Source: a virus
DNA length: 64,000 nt
Virus record (IMG/VR): IMGVR_UViG_3300027754_000045
Coordinates: 89,851-153,850 of that record
Direction: 5' to 3' (one strand)
In this document: positions 39,829-49,323 of the stretch, piece by piece
Layout of the letters: every line of letters starts with the position of its first letter
Position numbering within the stretch: position 1 is the stretch's first letter
Notes under the pieces: generated by a model
Told to the model about the DNA's origin: nothing
Seen by the model: only the letters and a program-made list of their open reading frames with translations
Database searches by the model: none
Program-made: the position numbers and the translations under genes

Positions 39829-42303
39829 TTATGTAGATTTTTTGCCAGCCATTAAGCGTTTAAAATAATTTGTTATATCCGAACCTTTACCGTCATATAC
39901 TCGAAAATTCTTTTTTCCGAATACTGCTCGTCGAATTCCTTGGATGCTTTTTGCAAATATTTCTAGTTTCTTGCCGTCTTGCACTACAACAACTTTATAC
40001 TGTTGTTTCTTAGCACGATTTTGAACTGCAGTCTTAGTATTTAAAGTACCTGAACGAGATTCGTTTACATTAAGAATATAATCATTGTATTTTAAGTTAT
40101 TTTGTTGATCATAAAAAGGATTAGCACGAGCAACAGAAGCTCCATATCGTTCTGTTGGTGCATAACTATCGGAAGACGGAGCATCTGGCAATACGCTACC
40201 ATCAGCCCATTGAAACTTTGATTTAGTTTTTTCGTCAGGTTTTGCCAAAATCTTTTCGTCAGTTTTTGTTGTAGTTTTTGCTGGAATCTTTTTGTCAGTC
40301 TTTGTTTCAGTCTTTGTTTCAACCTTTGCTAATGCTCCAGTCTTTGCTTTTGGTGCAGTCTTTGTTGCTAAATCAGTAATAGTCTTTGCTGCTAAATCAG
40401 TATTAGTTGGTGGAGCTGTGGTAGTCGTTGGTAAAGTAATTGGTGCAGGTTTTAAAGGAATAGTAGGAACTACACGAGTTGGTGGAGTTGTTGGTAAAGT
40501 AATTGGATCTAAAGGACTCTTCGTTATAGGATATACGGTAGGAGTTGTTGGTGTTTCAAATTTATTTGGTTCCATTTCTTTTACTGGACGACTAGTTGGT
40601 TCTGCCTGTTTTGGTAATTTTTTATCTAACCAAAGAAAAATATCTTTAAGTGGATTAGATTTTAATTTTTCTTTTTCTAATACTGTGCTACCACTTTTAA
40701 CAACTTCCTTGTCTACTGCTTTTAAAAATGAATTTAAAAACTGTTCTTGAATAGTTTGTAATTCTGGTTTCAACATTCTTATTCTTTGTTTTTCGTCTTC
40801 GGATTTTTCGGGTACTTGCATATTAGAAGGAACTAATTTTTGTAATCCAGATGTAGCTGCTTTACCTATATTTTGCGGAGTAGGAATACTTTTTGCTGCT
40901 TTTTTCTTTAGTTCTTCTCTATCTTCTGGAGACATATCATGGTAAGCACTGGCTGCGTCTAGTGCTACACCAATAGGCAGTCCTACTACAGGAATTGGAG
41001 AAATAACAGAAGATGCTGCATCTAATCCTGCTCCATAAGGATCTCCTGCTAGAGCTTTTTGGCCAGCACCGTATAATCCTCCTACTATAAGACCTGCTCC
41101 TACCACAGGAGCAAATTTTCCAATTTTAGCACCGATTTGACCAGCAACTTTCATTGCATTCGGAGCAACTTTAGTTGCAACTTTAGAAACAAGTGGCGAA
41201 ACAACTTTAGTTGCGGCTAATTCTCCTCCATACATCGCCGCCATATCAACACCCATTTTTGGTAATGTGTCCATATCTTTTGTAAAAGGTTCAGCAAGAT
41301 GAAGACCACCAACCCAACCAAGTGTACGAGCTAATGTTGGGTTATGCCTTAATTCATACCCTCTATTTCGTGTTAAAGCAGCACCTTCTGGTGCCCAAGG
41401 CATTATATTTTTCATCATCCCCAAACTCACAGTTCCTGCTTTTCCACCAACCAATGCTCCCGCAACTTCTCCTGGAATTTCAGTTGTTAAACCAGGTCCA
41501 AAATATTCTTTTGCCAGATCTCTGCCTATTTGTGAGCCAATAATTGCAGGAGCTGAATTTATAAGACCTTTTCCTAAAGTATAAGGAGATTTTACTACAG
41601 CTTTAACTACAGTACCAGCAGAAGGCATATTCCAAGAAGGAGTAGTAATTTTTTCTCCAACAGGCTTTACAGATTCTGGTGGTACTTGTGTCTTTTGTGC
41701 TTCAGGTCTAACTCTTTCTCGTTTATTTGCTTCTTGCCAATCTGCGGCTTTTTGTTGTTCTGCAGCTTTTGCTGCTTGTGCTTGTCTAATTCTTTCTTGT
41801 CTAGATGCTTCTTGTTGAGCAGAATTTCTTTTTCCTGCTTCTTGTTGAGCAGTTTTCATTTTTTCTGCAGTAGAAGCGTTTTGTGCTGCTTCTGCGGCTG
41901 TTCGCTCTGCGTTTGCTCGTTCTCCCTTTTTTCCAGCAGCATTATCCTTTTTTGCTGCTTGTGCCCTAGCATATCGGTCTCGTATTTTATCTGCATTGCC
42001 TGGAGCACCCTTTATTAATTCTTCAATATCTTTGGGAGAAGCATTATTAAAATAAGCATCTCCAGCATCTTGTTCATTAATAATCTTTTTAGACAACCAA
42101 GTAATATCATTACTAGTAATTAAACGATTTTCGATTAGTATGTCTGAAATATTAAGCAATACTATATCATTTTCATTAATTAAATTAATAAATTCACCGA
42201 TAGTAGGATAACAGCCATACGACTGTTTCCAGTTGTTGGCTGCTTCATTCAAAATTGATTTAATTTTCCAGGTTTGTTTTATCTGATTATACTTATCGCT
42301 CAT
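39829..42303 (-). CDS. Large putative internal head/ejection protein
   Basis: ILNEA/INEN/IENR/INEQ motifs; coiled coil; Gly-rich amphipathic segment; Pro/Thr linker. Confidence 0.7.
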   Translation of the reverse strand: MSDKYNQIKQTWKIKSILNEAANNWKQSYGCYPTIGEFINLINENDIVLLNISDILIENRLITSNDITWLSKKIINEQDAGDAYFNNASPKDIEELIKGAPGNADKIRDRYARAQAAKKDNAAGKKGERANAERTAAEAAQNASTAEKMKTAQQEAGKRNSAQQEASRQERIRQAQAAKAAEQQKAADWQEANKRERVRPEAQKTQVPPESVKPVGEKITTPSWNMPSAGTVVKAVVKSPYTLGKGLINSAPAIIGSQIGRDLAKEYFGPGLTTEIPGEVAGALVGGKAGTVSLGMMKNIMPWAPEGAALTRNRGYELRHNPTLARTLGWVGGLHLAEPFTKDMDTLPKMGVDMAAMYGGELAATKVVSPLVSKVATKVAPNAMKVAGQIGAKIGKFAPVVGAGLIVGGLYGAGQKALAGDPYGAGLDAASSVISPIPVVGLPIGVALDAASAYHDMSPEDREELKKKAAKSIPTPQNIGKAATSGLQKLVPSNMQVPEKSEDEKQRIRMLKPELQTIQEQFLNSFLKAVDKEVVKSGSTVLEKEKLKSNPLKDIFLWLDKKLPKQAEPTSRPVKEMEPNKFETPTTPTVYPITKSPLDPITLPTTPPTRVVPTIPLKPAPITLPTTTTAPPTNTDLAAKTITDLATKTAPKAKTGALAKVETKTETKTDKKIPAKTTTKTDEKILAKPDEKTKSKFQWADGSVLPDAPSSDSYAPTERYGASVARANPFYDQQNNLKYNDYILNVNESRSGTLNTKTAVQNRAKKQQYKVVVVQDGKKLEIFAKSIQGIRRAVFGKKNFRVYDGKGSDITNYFKRLMAGKKST

Positions 42304-42309
42304 AATAAG

Positions 42310-42317
42310 TATTTATA
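42310..42317 (-). promoter_or_regulatory. T4-type late promoter TATAAATA
   Basis: 6 nt before ATG 42303. Confidence 0.75.
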
Positions 42318-42322
42318 ATAGA

Positions 42323-42892
42323 TTACTTTGCAGGTAATACAAACCGAACACTCCAATACCACATCGGGTTTCCGTTACCAAACAGCATCCAATCCTCGAT
42401 TTTCAGGGGATCGTAACTGCGCCAAATGCCTGTTCGCATATCCACAGTAAACACTTTGCCTGTGCCGCCAAGTTTATGCCAGACAGCCAGACTTTGAGGT
42501 GTTTGTTGTGCGTCGCTCAATACTGTAACCCCCTGTTGCGACATCCAATTATACAGATTAGGGGCAATGTCGTGACCAATCCAGTCACCATGCACTCGAA
42601 TCATGTCTACCGCATACACACGGCGACTCCAAGGCAACACAATAGGTGCGCTAACAAACTTGGCGTATGCCACCGTCTTGCCGTTCACCGAGCATTTGAC
42701 AATCATGCCGTTACCTTGCTCTGTGGCAATCTTCTTGGTGCTGACCTCTACTGGAAAATTAGCAGCGTCAGGCAGGCGACTATTTGTCCAAAATGCTTTT
42801 TGGCACTTCCTGTCCCATGTATGCCCCTTCACGGCATTTTCAAGTTTTGTATTGTGGTCCGAGTTAATAACGATATGCGGTGTTAAAATCAT
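42323..42892 (-). CDS. GNAT-fold-like protein
   Basis: VDMIRVHGDWIGHDIA..LY..SD..QT..S..VW.KL resembles GNAT motifs A and B. Confidence 0.55.
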   Translation of the reverse strand: MILTPHIVINSDHNTKLENAVKGHTWDRKCQKAFWTNSRLPDAANFPVEVSTKKIATEQGNGMIVKCSVNGKTVAYAKFVSAPIVLPWSRRVYAVDMIRVHGDWIGHDIAPNLYNWMSQQGVTVLSDAQQTPQSLAVWHKLGGTGKVFTVDMRTGIWRSYDPLKIEDWMLFGNGNPMWYWSVRFVLPAK

Positions 42893-42898
42893 ACTGTA

Positions 42899-42926
42899 AT
42901 TATACCTTATAATTGTGGAATGTCAA
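42899..42926 (-). promoter_or_regulatory. sigma70 promoter (leaderless)
   Basis: TTGACA-16-TATAAT-6 nt-ATG 42892. Confidence 0.85.
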
Positions 42927-43581
42927 ATAGATTAGGTGAAGAATTTTGAATATTGTTTATTTGTTCTTGCATTTCATTTATTTCTCTATTTAATGCAATT
43001 ACTGCTCTAACATCCAATTCAGGATAAGAAATAATACCATACTCAACAGCCTCTATTTTTTTTTCTAAAGCACATATACAGGCTTCTTTAAAAGATGAAA
43101 ATGTTTTAGAATATTCTTTATTGGGTGTAATGGTTACTCTAACTCTATATTTTCCATTATAAGTTGAACCGACACCTTCTGGTAGGTGTAAATTAGATTT
43201 TTTCTTACATCCATGACCAAAAATACTATTAATAGCCTGTGGTATAAAACAACAGGTATTGGGACCGTAAATCTTATTACCCTTAACCAACAAATCTTTA
43301 TCTAATTCTAATCCTTCCCACTTTTGATTCTCCATCCAAAGGCGAAATTTAGAAAAATAACGCCATTCTGGACATACAGAACATCCAATATAAGTTGGTC
43401 TTGTTTTATGATAACGAGATGAATAACATCTTTTTAACATACCTTCCCATTTTGCATAAAATTGACATCTCCAAATAATTTTATTATTTCTTTTTGTTAT
43501 AGTATTATAATCGGAATCATTAAGCCCAACACCATAAACTAAGGATCTCCTACTCAAAGAACTTTTACTTGCAAGTTTCAT
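42907..43581 (-). mobile_element. HNH-type homing endonuclease
   Basis: YGVG.ND, W..ML.RCY, Y.GCSVC.EW..FS.F, LDKDLL..GNKIY.P.TCCF.P..IN, LPEGV. Confidence 0.88.
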
Positions 43582-43591
43582 CTATATTTCC

Positions 43592-43976
43592 TATTCATTT
43601 ACGATGATCGTAATATAATTATATTATTAAAAATTATTTTTACGCTTCCTGTCATACCTGTTATTTTTTTCAGCAGGAGTCAATTTAGCAAGTTCACTTC
43701 CGTACCATCGGAAAAACCATAATCTTTCTTTTTGTTTATTTGAAAGTTTTTTTACTGGAGGCTTTTTACCCATATTTTTGAGTTGTTTATTTGGTTCCAT
43801 AATCAAATCCTTGTATTCATTTACGATCATCGTAATATAATCAAACCCTTACGATCATCGTAATATAATCAAACTCTTTACGATCATCGTAATATAATCA
43901 TACCCTTACGACCATCGTAATATAATCATACCCTTACGACCATCGTAATATAATCATACCCTTACGACCATCGTAA
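43592..43976. repeat. 28-bp repeat containing the palindrome TTACGA-N3-TCGTAA (6 tandem copies plus 1 detached)
   Basis: Palindromes at 43599, 43821, 43849, 43878, 43906, 43934 and 43962. Confidence 0.97.
43627..43800 (-). CDS. Small basic protein between repeat copies
   Basis: AAGGA RBS then MEPNKQLKNMGKK. Confidence 0.5.
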   Translation of the reverse strand: MEPNKQLKNMGKKPPVKKLSNKQKERLWFFRWYGSELAKLTPAEKNNRYDRKRKNNF

Positions 43977-43980
43977 ACCA

Positions 43981-44280
43981 TTAGTGCCACTTACGACCCT
44001 TCATACCATTATAACGGTCAAACTTATGGTGGCTGCTCTCAGGCGTAGCCGCCTTCATACGAGTCATAAGTTCACTCCACCGCCCACCAGTCATCTTGTC
44101 GGGTGTCAGGTTATGATCTGCCCCTAGTTGTGGCGTACAATCAGCCCAAGACTTGTGGACGCATTTCCTAGCCTTACATTTTGGGCAGGGTTGTTTCAGC
44201 GGTAATTCAGAGTTTGCCATCGTCTGGAAATCTTCCCAAATATGTTGGCATTTACGGCATTCATAATTATAATTCGGCAT
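43981..44280 (-). CDS. FmdB-like zinc-ribbon protein
   Basis: MPNYNYECRKC..CPKC. Confidence 0.85.
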   Translation of the reverse strand: MPNYNYECRKCQHIWEDFQTMANSELPLKQPCPKCKARKCVHKSWADCTPQLGADHNLTPDKMTGGRWSELMTRMKAATPESSHHKFDRYNGMKGRKWH

Positions 44281-44532
44281 GATGTATATATCTGTTCTTG
44301 TGGGAAATCTTTAGAGAACTAAGACCCATAACAAACATACATCCGATAACGCAAAAGTCAAGGGGAACTAACCACGAATTTTATGGGACGCTGCGTCAAC
44401 TATCAACAATCGCCGACCCCAGAGCGCAGCCGTCTGGACGCAGGGCAAGCAGAACCAAGTTATATTAATATATCCAACAGCACCCCCCTGAAGCCTTCGA
44501 GCCATAGTAAACTCTAATTTTGAAGGAACTGG

Positions 44533-44552
44533 GAACTATATTAATATAGTTC
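44533..44552. other. Perfect 20-bp palindrome GAACTATATTAATATAGTTC
   Basis: Seen directly; 12-bp core also at 44461-44472. Confidence 0.9.
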
Positions 44553-44590
44553 AAATCTGTCCGTGAAATCTACCAGCAAGCCCGTGAAAA

Positions 44591-45217
44591 TTATTTCACA
44601 GAATAATACTTAGACAAGGCTTTGTAGACTGTGCGTGGAATGGTCAGGTCGGCACGGCGGCTGAAGTCTGTCGGCATAATGCGGTAGATGGATTCAGACA
44701 GGTAGGGATTTCCCACCGTGTTCCAGTTGCCGCTGTCACGCATCAGGTGGTGCGAGTAAATGTATAGGTTTGCATACTTGGCGTACACCTTCGGATTAAT
44801 TGGCAGATCGTATTGTCTTGCGATCCTGACTGCCCGAATCTCGGCATCCCTCTCATACGCCATGACTCGTCGGAACGCCTTGTGGACGATTGTAGGGCTT
44901 GTCTTTTCTTTGCCGCCACCATGCAGCCAACGGCTGACGATCACATTAGCGTGGCAGTCTGCATTATAAACATTGGCAGGGGTTTCTAGCCATTGCTTGA
45001 AGTGAGCATACTCATGGACGAGGACTTGCAGCCAGTCAGGTCTGCCCCCTGCCACCTTGATCACTCGCTTGTCCTCGTCAAAGAACCCCGACGATCTCCA
45101 ACCTTCACCCGAATTAAGTTGCTGTCCCTTACCAATTAAAAAACGGAAACCATAAGAATGGAGTTCCGCTTTAATAGAATCTAAGAATTTAATAGTTTGG
45201 GGGTTTCTATGCTGCAC
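44591..45217 (-). CDS. Zinc metallopeptidase-like protein (HExxH)
   Basis: LVHEYAHFKQW..ERDAE. Confidence 0.75.
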   Translation of the reverse strand: MQHRNPQTIKFLDSIKAELHSYGFRFLIGKGQQLNSGEGWRSSGFFDEDKRVIKVAGGRPDWLQVLVHEYAHFKQWLETPANVYNADCHANVIVSRWLHGGGKEKTSPTIVHKAFRRVMAYERDAEIRAVRIARQYDLPINPKVYAKYANLYIYSHHLMRDSGNWNTVGNPYLSESIYRIMPTDFSRRADLTIPRTVYKALSKYYSVK

Positions 45218-45240
45218 GATACCACCTACCTTCTTACTCC

Positions 45241-47559
45241 TTATATATGAGCCGACATACTTGAAACGAGCCGATTTACCAAAGTCCTTGAAACAATCTT
45301 TTTCTGCAAGGATCGAATGAAATTGCTCTTTAACTTGGCGTAAGTGGCATTTCCCATATTAATATCTTCGTAGGCATCAACCGTTTCCTTGCGAGTGCAT
45401 CTAATAATAAACACTTGATTGAAACTTTGTTGTGATTTTTCATTTAGAGGCGTAGTATCTTCAGAATCATAATACATTCTTTGAGAACGATCAGAACACA
45501 CAGCCAGTAGATAATTCTCATTGTTCCATTGGGCAGTAAATTCCGTAGTATCTTGATTGTATGAAGCAGGACTCAACTCAATAATTTTATTATTCTTTCC
45601 CATCATGGCAACATTGTGGGAAGGAATACGAATGCCCTTGACTGATGTAGAAGTATCCAAGAACAGAAGAATTGCATTGCATCCAGTATTATCACGAAGG
45701 TACTCCACACAAACATTTGTGGTCAATCGCTCGTGCATCGAGTATGAAGCACCAGTCCGTTTATTAATAATACGAGTCGGTCTGCGTACACCAATATCAT
45801 CATCATCCCCATAATAATTCCTTGAGATTGGACTTCCCGAAGTCGAGCCGTCTGAAATTACTACGCAGTTCAATATCTCGATTTTATTCTTTTTACGGAA
45901 ATTAATCAAGATTTGATTTGCTGCAATAATCGCATCATCTAGCGGAGTATCACTCAATCGCAAGCACCACGGAGTGTTGGGGCAATCTCCACCAAACTTG
46001 TAGCCGTACCCGCCAAGCACCGCACCCAAGAAGAACAGGTGTCGCATTGCATTCATGTGTTCAGTCTTACGCATCTTGCTAGATGCGAAGTTGTAGAGAT
46101 GGAATGGTTGGGCTGTAACAACACCAGTCTGACCGTAATTGCTTTGAATGTCTTTAACAGAAAACATATTTTTCTGCAATTCTTCTGCCGCTTCACTATA
46201 ATCGCTATATGATTTGTTATCATCTTTATCGTAATTTCCAGTCAAGACTGGGGTGTTTGTACTGAACGCATACACTTCGTATGGCACACCGATGCGGCGA
46301 AAGAAAGATGTAAGAATATACATTTGCTTCACAACATCTTGGACAAGAGGTTGCATCGAGCCACTCCAGTCGAGGAACACCACGAAGCCGTGATTCTTGC
46401 CGTTAGGCTTCACGGTGAAGTGCTTGAAGATGTCCTCGCTCCATTTGTATTGTGTGAGCAAGTTCATATCCAATACGCCAGTCTTGGCAGTCTGATTACG
46501 ATGGTGCTGTTGAGCCGCCTTCTTGGTCAGGAACACCTTGACCATTGCATCGACTGTTGCGTTGGCTTCATTGGTGAACGCATTGTATGAGGTCATAATT
46601 TCTTCTGTTGCCGCTTTCATGCCTTTCGACTTGGAGTTGGATAAAGAGTTTTCTATAGCATTCATAATGTCAACATAAGGAACGATAATTTTCTCAAGAT
46701 TGTATTCGGGAAGATACGCAGGAGCATCTTTATCAGAATAATAATTATCTTTGACCTTGCTGTCTAGCCATTGCTTTTGTGCATTAGCCGTGAATGATTC
46801 GGGTGCAATGTTGTGACGCTGCTCGGATTGCTCTCCCTCTCTTGATTTAGGATCGCCATCACCATTAGTTTCGTATTCGCCATCTTGCCCATCGCCACCC
46901 TTTGTTGGCTTGCCCTGTGGTCGATCACTCGTTTCAGGCTCTTGGTTGGCTTCCTTCTTGGCTTCGTCCCACAAGCGACGAGTCACCGCACACACTTCCT
47001 CAAAAGTCTGTGCCGCCTCAACATCATTGATGATGGCTTGCTCGTCGGCACTAAATGGAATCTGTGTTCCTAGATGCTTGCCAATCTTAAAGTGCAAGTT
47101 GGTACGATCAATGATTCGCATCTTGGTATAGTCTGCGGCACTCAAGTCACCAAACATTTGATTCTCGGCAAGCCACTTGTATCCCTTGTAGTAATCACTA
47201 CGCAATCCTGCATACTTCTCTTTGATGAGTCGTTCAATGCGAGCATCTTCCACGATGTTAAGATACATGGCAGCACGGCTCTTGTCATCATTGCTTGCTG
47301 TCTTACCAACAACAGAGTCAATGAACTGCTCCATGCCTTCAGGTGGCGTGTGGAGTGCGTGGCTGACTTCGTGTGACAGGAACAAGTCATACGCCTCTTG
47401 CGTCATGTCTGACCAGTCAGGCACGGTCAGGACACGACTCTTAACATCCATTGATGCCGTCTTTGCCTTTGAGTCAAAGATCACCGAAAGGTTTTCTGTT
47501 GACATTAGTTTTGCGAAAGTGCTATGACTGCCGTGTGATTGTTGTGAGATTGATTTCAT
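45241..47559 (-). CDS. CobT-like peptidase/vWA domain protein
   Basis: HEVSHALHTP, NIVEDARIER, MIDAS DWSGS, TPL, ISDG. Confidence 0.9.
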   Translation of the reverse strand: MKSISQQSHGSHSTFAKLMSTENLSVIFDSKAKTASMDVKSRVLTVPDWSDMTQEAYDLFLSHEVSHALHTPPEGMEQFIDSVVGKTASNDDKSRAAMYLNIVEDARIERLIKEKYAGLRSDYYKGYKWLAENQMFGDLSAADYTKMRIIDRTNLHFKIGKHLGTQIPFSADEQAIINDVEAAQTFEEVCAVTRRLWDEAKKEANQEPETSDRPQGKPTKGGDGQDGEYETNGDGDPKSREGEQSEQRHNIAPESFTANAQKQWLDSKVKDNYYSDKDAPAYLPEYNLEKIIVPYVDIMNAIENSLSNSKSKGMKAATEEIMTSYNAFTNEANATVDAMVKVFLTKKAAQQHHRNQTAKTGVLDMNLLTQYKWSEDIFKHFTVKPNGKNHGFVVFLDWSGSMQPLVQDVVKQMYILTSFFRRIGVPYEVYAFSTNTPVLTGNYDKDDNKSYSDYSEAAEELQKNMFSVKDIQSNYGQTGVVTAQPFHLYNFASSKMRKTEHMNAMRHLFFLGAVLGGYGYKFGGDCPNTPWCLRLSDTPLDDAIIAANQILINFRKKNKIEILNCVVISDGSTSGSPISRNYYGDDDDIGVRRPTRIINKRTGASYSMHERLTTNVCVEYLRDNTGCNAILLFLDTSTSVKGIRIPSHNVAMMGKNNKIIELSPASYNQDTTEFTAQWNNENYLLAVCSDRSQRMYYDSEDTTPLNEKSQQSFNQVFIIRCTRKETVDAYEDINMGNATYAKLKSNFIRSLQKKIVSRTLVNRLVSSMSAHI

Positions 47560-47565
47560 GTCAGT

Positions 47566-47593
47566 ATTGTACCAAAGTTTTGAGTGGTGTCAA
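47566..47593 (-). promoter_or_regulatory. sigma70 promoter (leaderless)
   Basis: TTGACA-16-TACAAT-6 nt-ATG 47559. Confidence 0.85.
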
Positions 47594-47623
47594 GTAGGTT
47601 TGAAAGATTTTTGAAAGATTTCT

Positions 47624-47663
47624 AAAATAAAATTTCCCCGCCCATTTTCACGGACGAGGAAAT
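47624..47663 (-). terminator. Rho-independent terminator
   Basis: ATTTCCTCGTCC/GGGCGGGGAAAT stem (with G-U pairs) followed by a T tract. Confidence 0.65.
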
Positions 47664-47674
47664 ATGAAAATATA

Positions 47675-47980
47675 TTAATATACTGGATTTCCCTGTTTTG
47701 TGATAATATAATTCGACCACTCAACAATTTCAGGGATTAGATAAACTCCGTACTCAACCGACTTTCGTGCTTTGTCTTGCACAATCCAAGTTGGTGCAGA
47801 CTTGAATCCAAACTGGATTCCCATCTCATTCAACTTGTCACGCTTCACTTCTGCATAGGCAATTCCTTGATCGACTAGAAACATTACAAACTTCTTTTGT
47901 CGTGTTTTTAATGCAAGAAAATTTGGTGCTATCTCTTTAACTTTTTCGTAATCACTCGGAACATTAATACTTATATTCAT
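47675..47980 (-). CDS. Small protein similar to the N-terminal domain of the adjacent CobS-like ATPase
   Basis: R..L...G....P.W.V....R....G.Y.IPE pattern shared with 48101-49315. Confidence 0.65.
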   Translation of the reverse strand: MNISINVPSDYEKVKEIAPNFLALKTRQKKFVMFLVDQGIAYAEVKRDKLNEMGIQFGFKSAPTWIVQDKARKSVEYGVYLIPEIVEWSNYIITKQGNPVY

Positions 47981-48108
47981 TTCACAATCTCCTTTGTTGT
48001 TGGTTTAACATCAGTCCATTCATCATCGTCGTAGGTTACATCATCTTCGTCGGTGTCAGGGGGGTCGGGAAATGACCCCCCTGCCTGTTGCGAGAACGAA
48101 TTACGCAT
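47977..48108 (-). CDS. Small acidic peptide (43 aa)
   Basis: Overlaps the cobS-like stop; ATGA overlap downstream. Confidence 0.45.
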   Translation of the reverse strand: MRNSFSQQAGGSFPDPPDTDEDDVTYDDDEWTDVKPTTKEIVK

Positions 48109-49315
48109 TGTCGGCTTCCTGTGGCTCGCTGCCGATGCTGTTGGGTTGAACAGGTGGTTTCCCAGTAAAAGGATCAATACCATGATTAACCTCAACACCA
48201 CCATTGATCGTAGGATCAATCTTTGTGTAGAAGTTCATGAATGCCGTCTTGGTTTCAGTATCGAAACGGCTCAATGCTCGCTCAATGCTGACCATGCGAA
48301 CTTCCAAGACTGCATACAACTTTGCAATGGCTTCCAGTCGGCGAGTGGAAATAATCTCGCTGACTGCACCTTCATAGAACGCCTTGCGAATGGTTTCCGA
48401 CCATCGTGTCAAAGCATCGGCAAAGTCATTGTCACGCTTGCCAAACGCTTCCATCTTCTTGATGAGAATACGCTTCTCTGTGCCACGAGGAGCATACTCT
48501 TGCTCGTAAGTGAAGTCGAAGCGATCCAAGAACGCCTCGTTCAAGATGTTAGTTCCCACAAAGCGTCCATCGTCGCTGCCCTTGCCTTTGGTATTGGCTG
48601 TGGCAAGAATGGTGAAGCCCTCAACAGGACGAATCCACTTGTTGATCTTCTTCAAGAACACGCCCTTGCCCTCAAGCACAGGCTGCAAGCACATAATCTT
48701 ATGTGATCCCAAGTCCACTTCGTCGAGGAGAAGAACGCCGCCGCACTCCATCGCCTTCACGACTGCACCATCTTGCCAAACAGTATTACCGTTGACAAGT
48801 CGCATACCGCCCAACAAATCATCCTCGTCAGTCAACTCGGTAATGTTCACACGAAACAGTTGACGCTTTTGCTTGGCACAAATCTGCTCGATCATGGTTG
48901 TCTTGCCATTGCCTGACAAGCCAGTCACGAACACAGGTGCAAACTTCTTGGACGAGATAATCTTTGCAATCTCGTCGTAGTGTCCCCACGGAATGTATGT
49001 TGCATTGACATCAGGAATCAACTGCTCATGGGATTGCGAGTTGGTCATAACGGCTTGCATTGTAGTATCATTCATATTAGAGTCCAGTAAGTTCTGCTCA
49101 GGTTGAGCGATTGGTGGAAGTAAAGTTTCAGTATCAAGTTCAGGGACATTGAATAGTCCACGACTGACTCGATTTTCGGGAGTGACTGCCCAAAGTGGTG
49201 TGACTCCAAGTCCCACGCCTTTTGCAGCCACAAGAATCTGTTCACGGCTCAACGGATTAGTGTAACCTAGTCGTTGCATTTCTTTAATTACGAGTAATTT
49301 TTTTGAGTGTTTCAT
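48101..49315 (-). CDS. CobS/MoxR-like AAA+ ATPase
   Basis: GLSGNGKT, LLLDEVD, ANTKGKGSDDGRFVGTNILNEAFLDRF, ISTRRL. Confidence 0.95.
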   Translation of the reverse strand: MKHSKKLLVIKEMQRLGYTNPLSREQILVAAKGVGLGVTPLWAVTPENRVSRGLFNVPELDTETLLPPIAQPEQNLLDSNMNDTTMQAVMTNSQSHEQLIPDVNATYIPWGHYDEIAKIISSKKFAPVFVTGLSGNGKTTMIEQICAKQKRQLFRVNITELTDEDDLLGGMRLVNGNTVWQDGAVVKAMECGGVLLLDEVDLGSHKIMCLQPVLEGKGVFLKKINKWIRPVEGFTILATANTKGKGSDDGRFVGTNILNEAFLDRFDFTYEQEYAPRGTEKRILIKKMEAFGKRDNDFADALTRWSETIRKAFYEGAVSEIISTRRLEAIAKLYAVLEVRMVSIERALSRFDTETKTAFMNFYTKIDPTINGGVEVNHGIDPFTGKPPVQPNSIGSEPQEADNA

Positions 49316-49323
49316 ATATGTTC

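Noticed and set aside
43821-43976. CRISPR array
   Set aside because: The units are near-identical tandem repeats with no unique spacers, and there is no cas operon; the nearby PD-(D/E)XK nuclease is a standard T4-like gene
47645-47682. Inverted match (TATATTAATATA plus GTCCGTGAAA) to 44537-44568 suggesting element ends
   Set aside because: Spacing differs (15 versus 10 nt), and this copy is explained by a stop codon and terminator; it may be chance
48101-49315. Cobalamin-biosynthesis auxiliary gene (cobS)
   Set aside because: It is a generic phage MoxR-type ATPase; no cobN or other pathway genes are present
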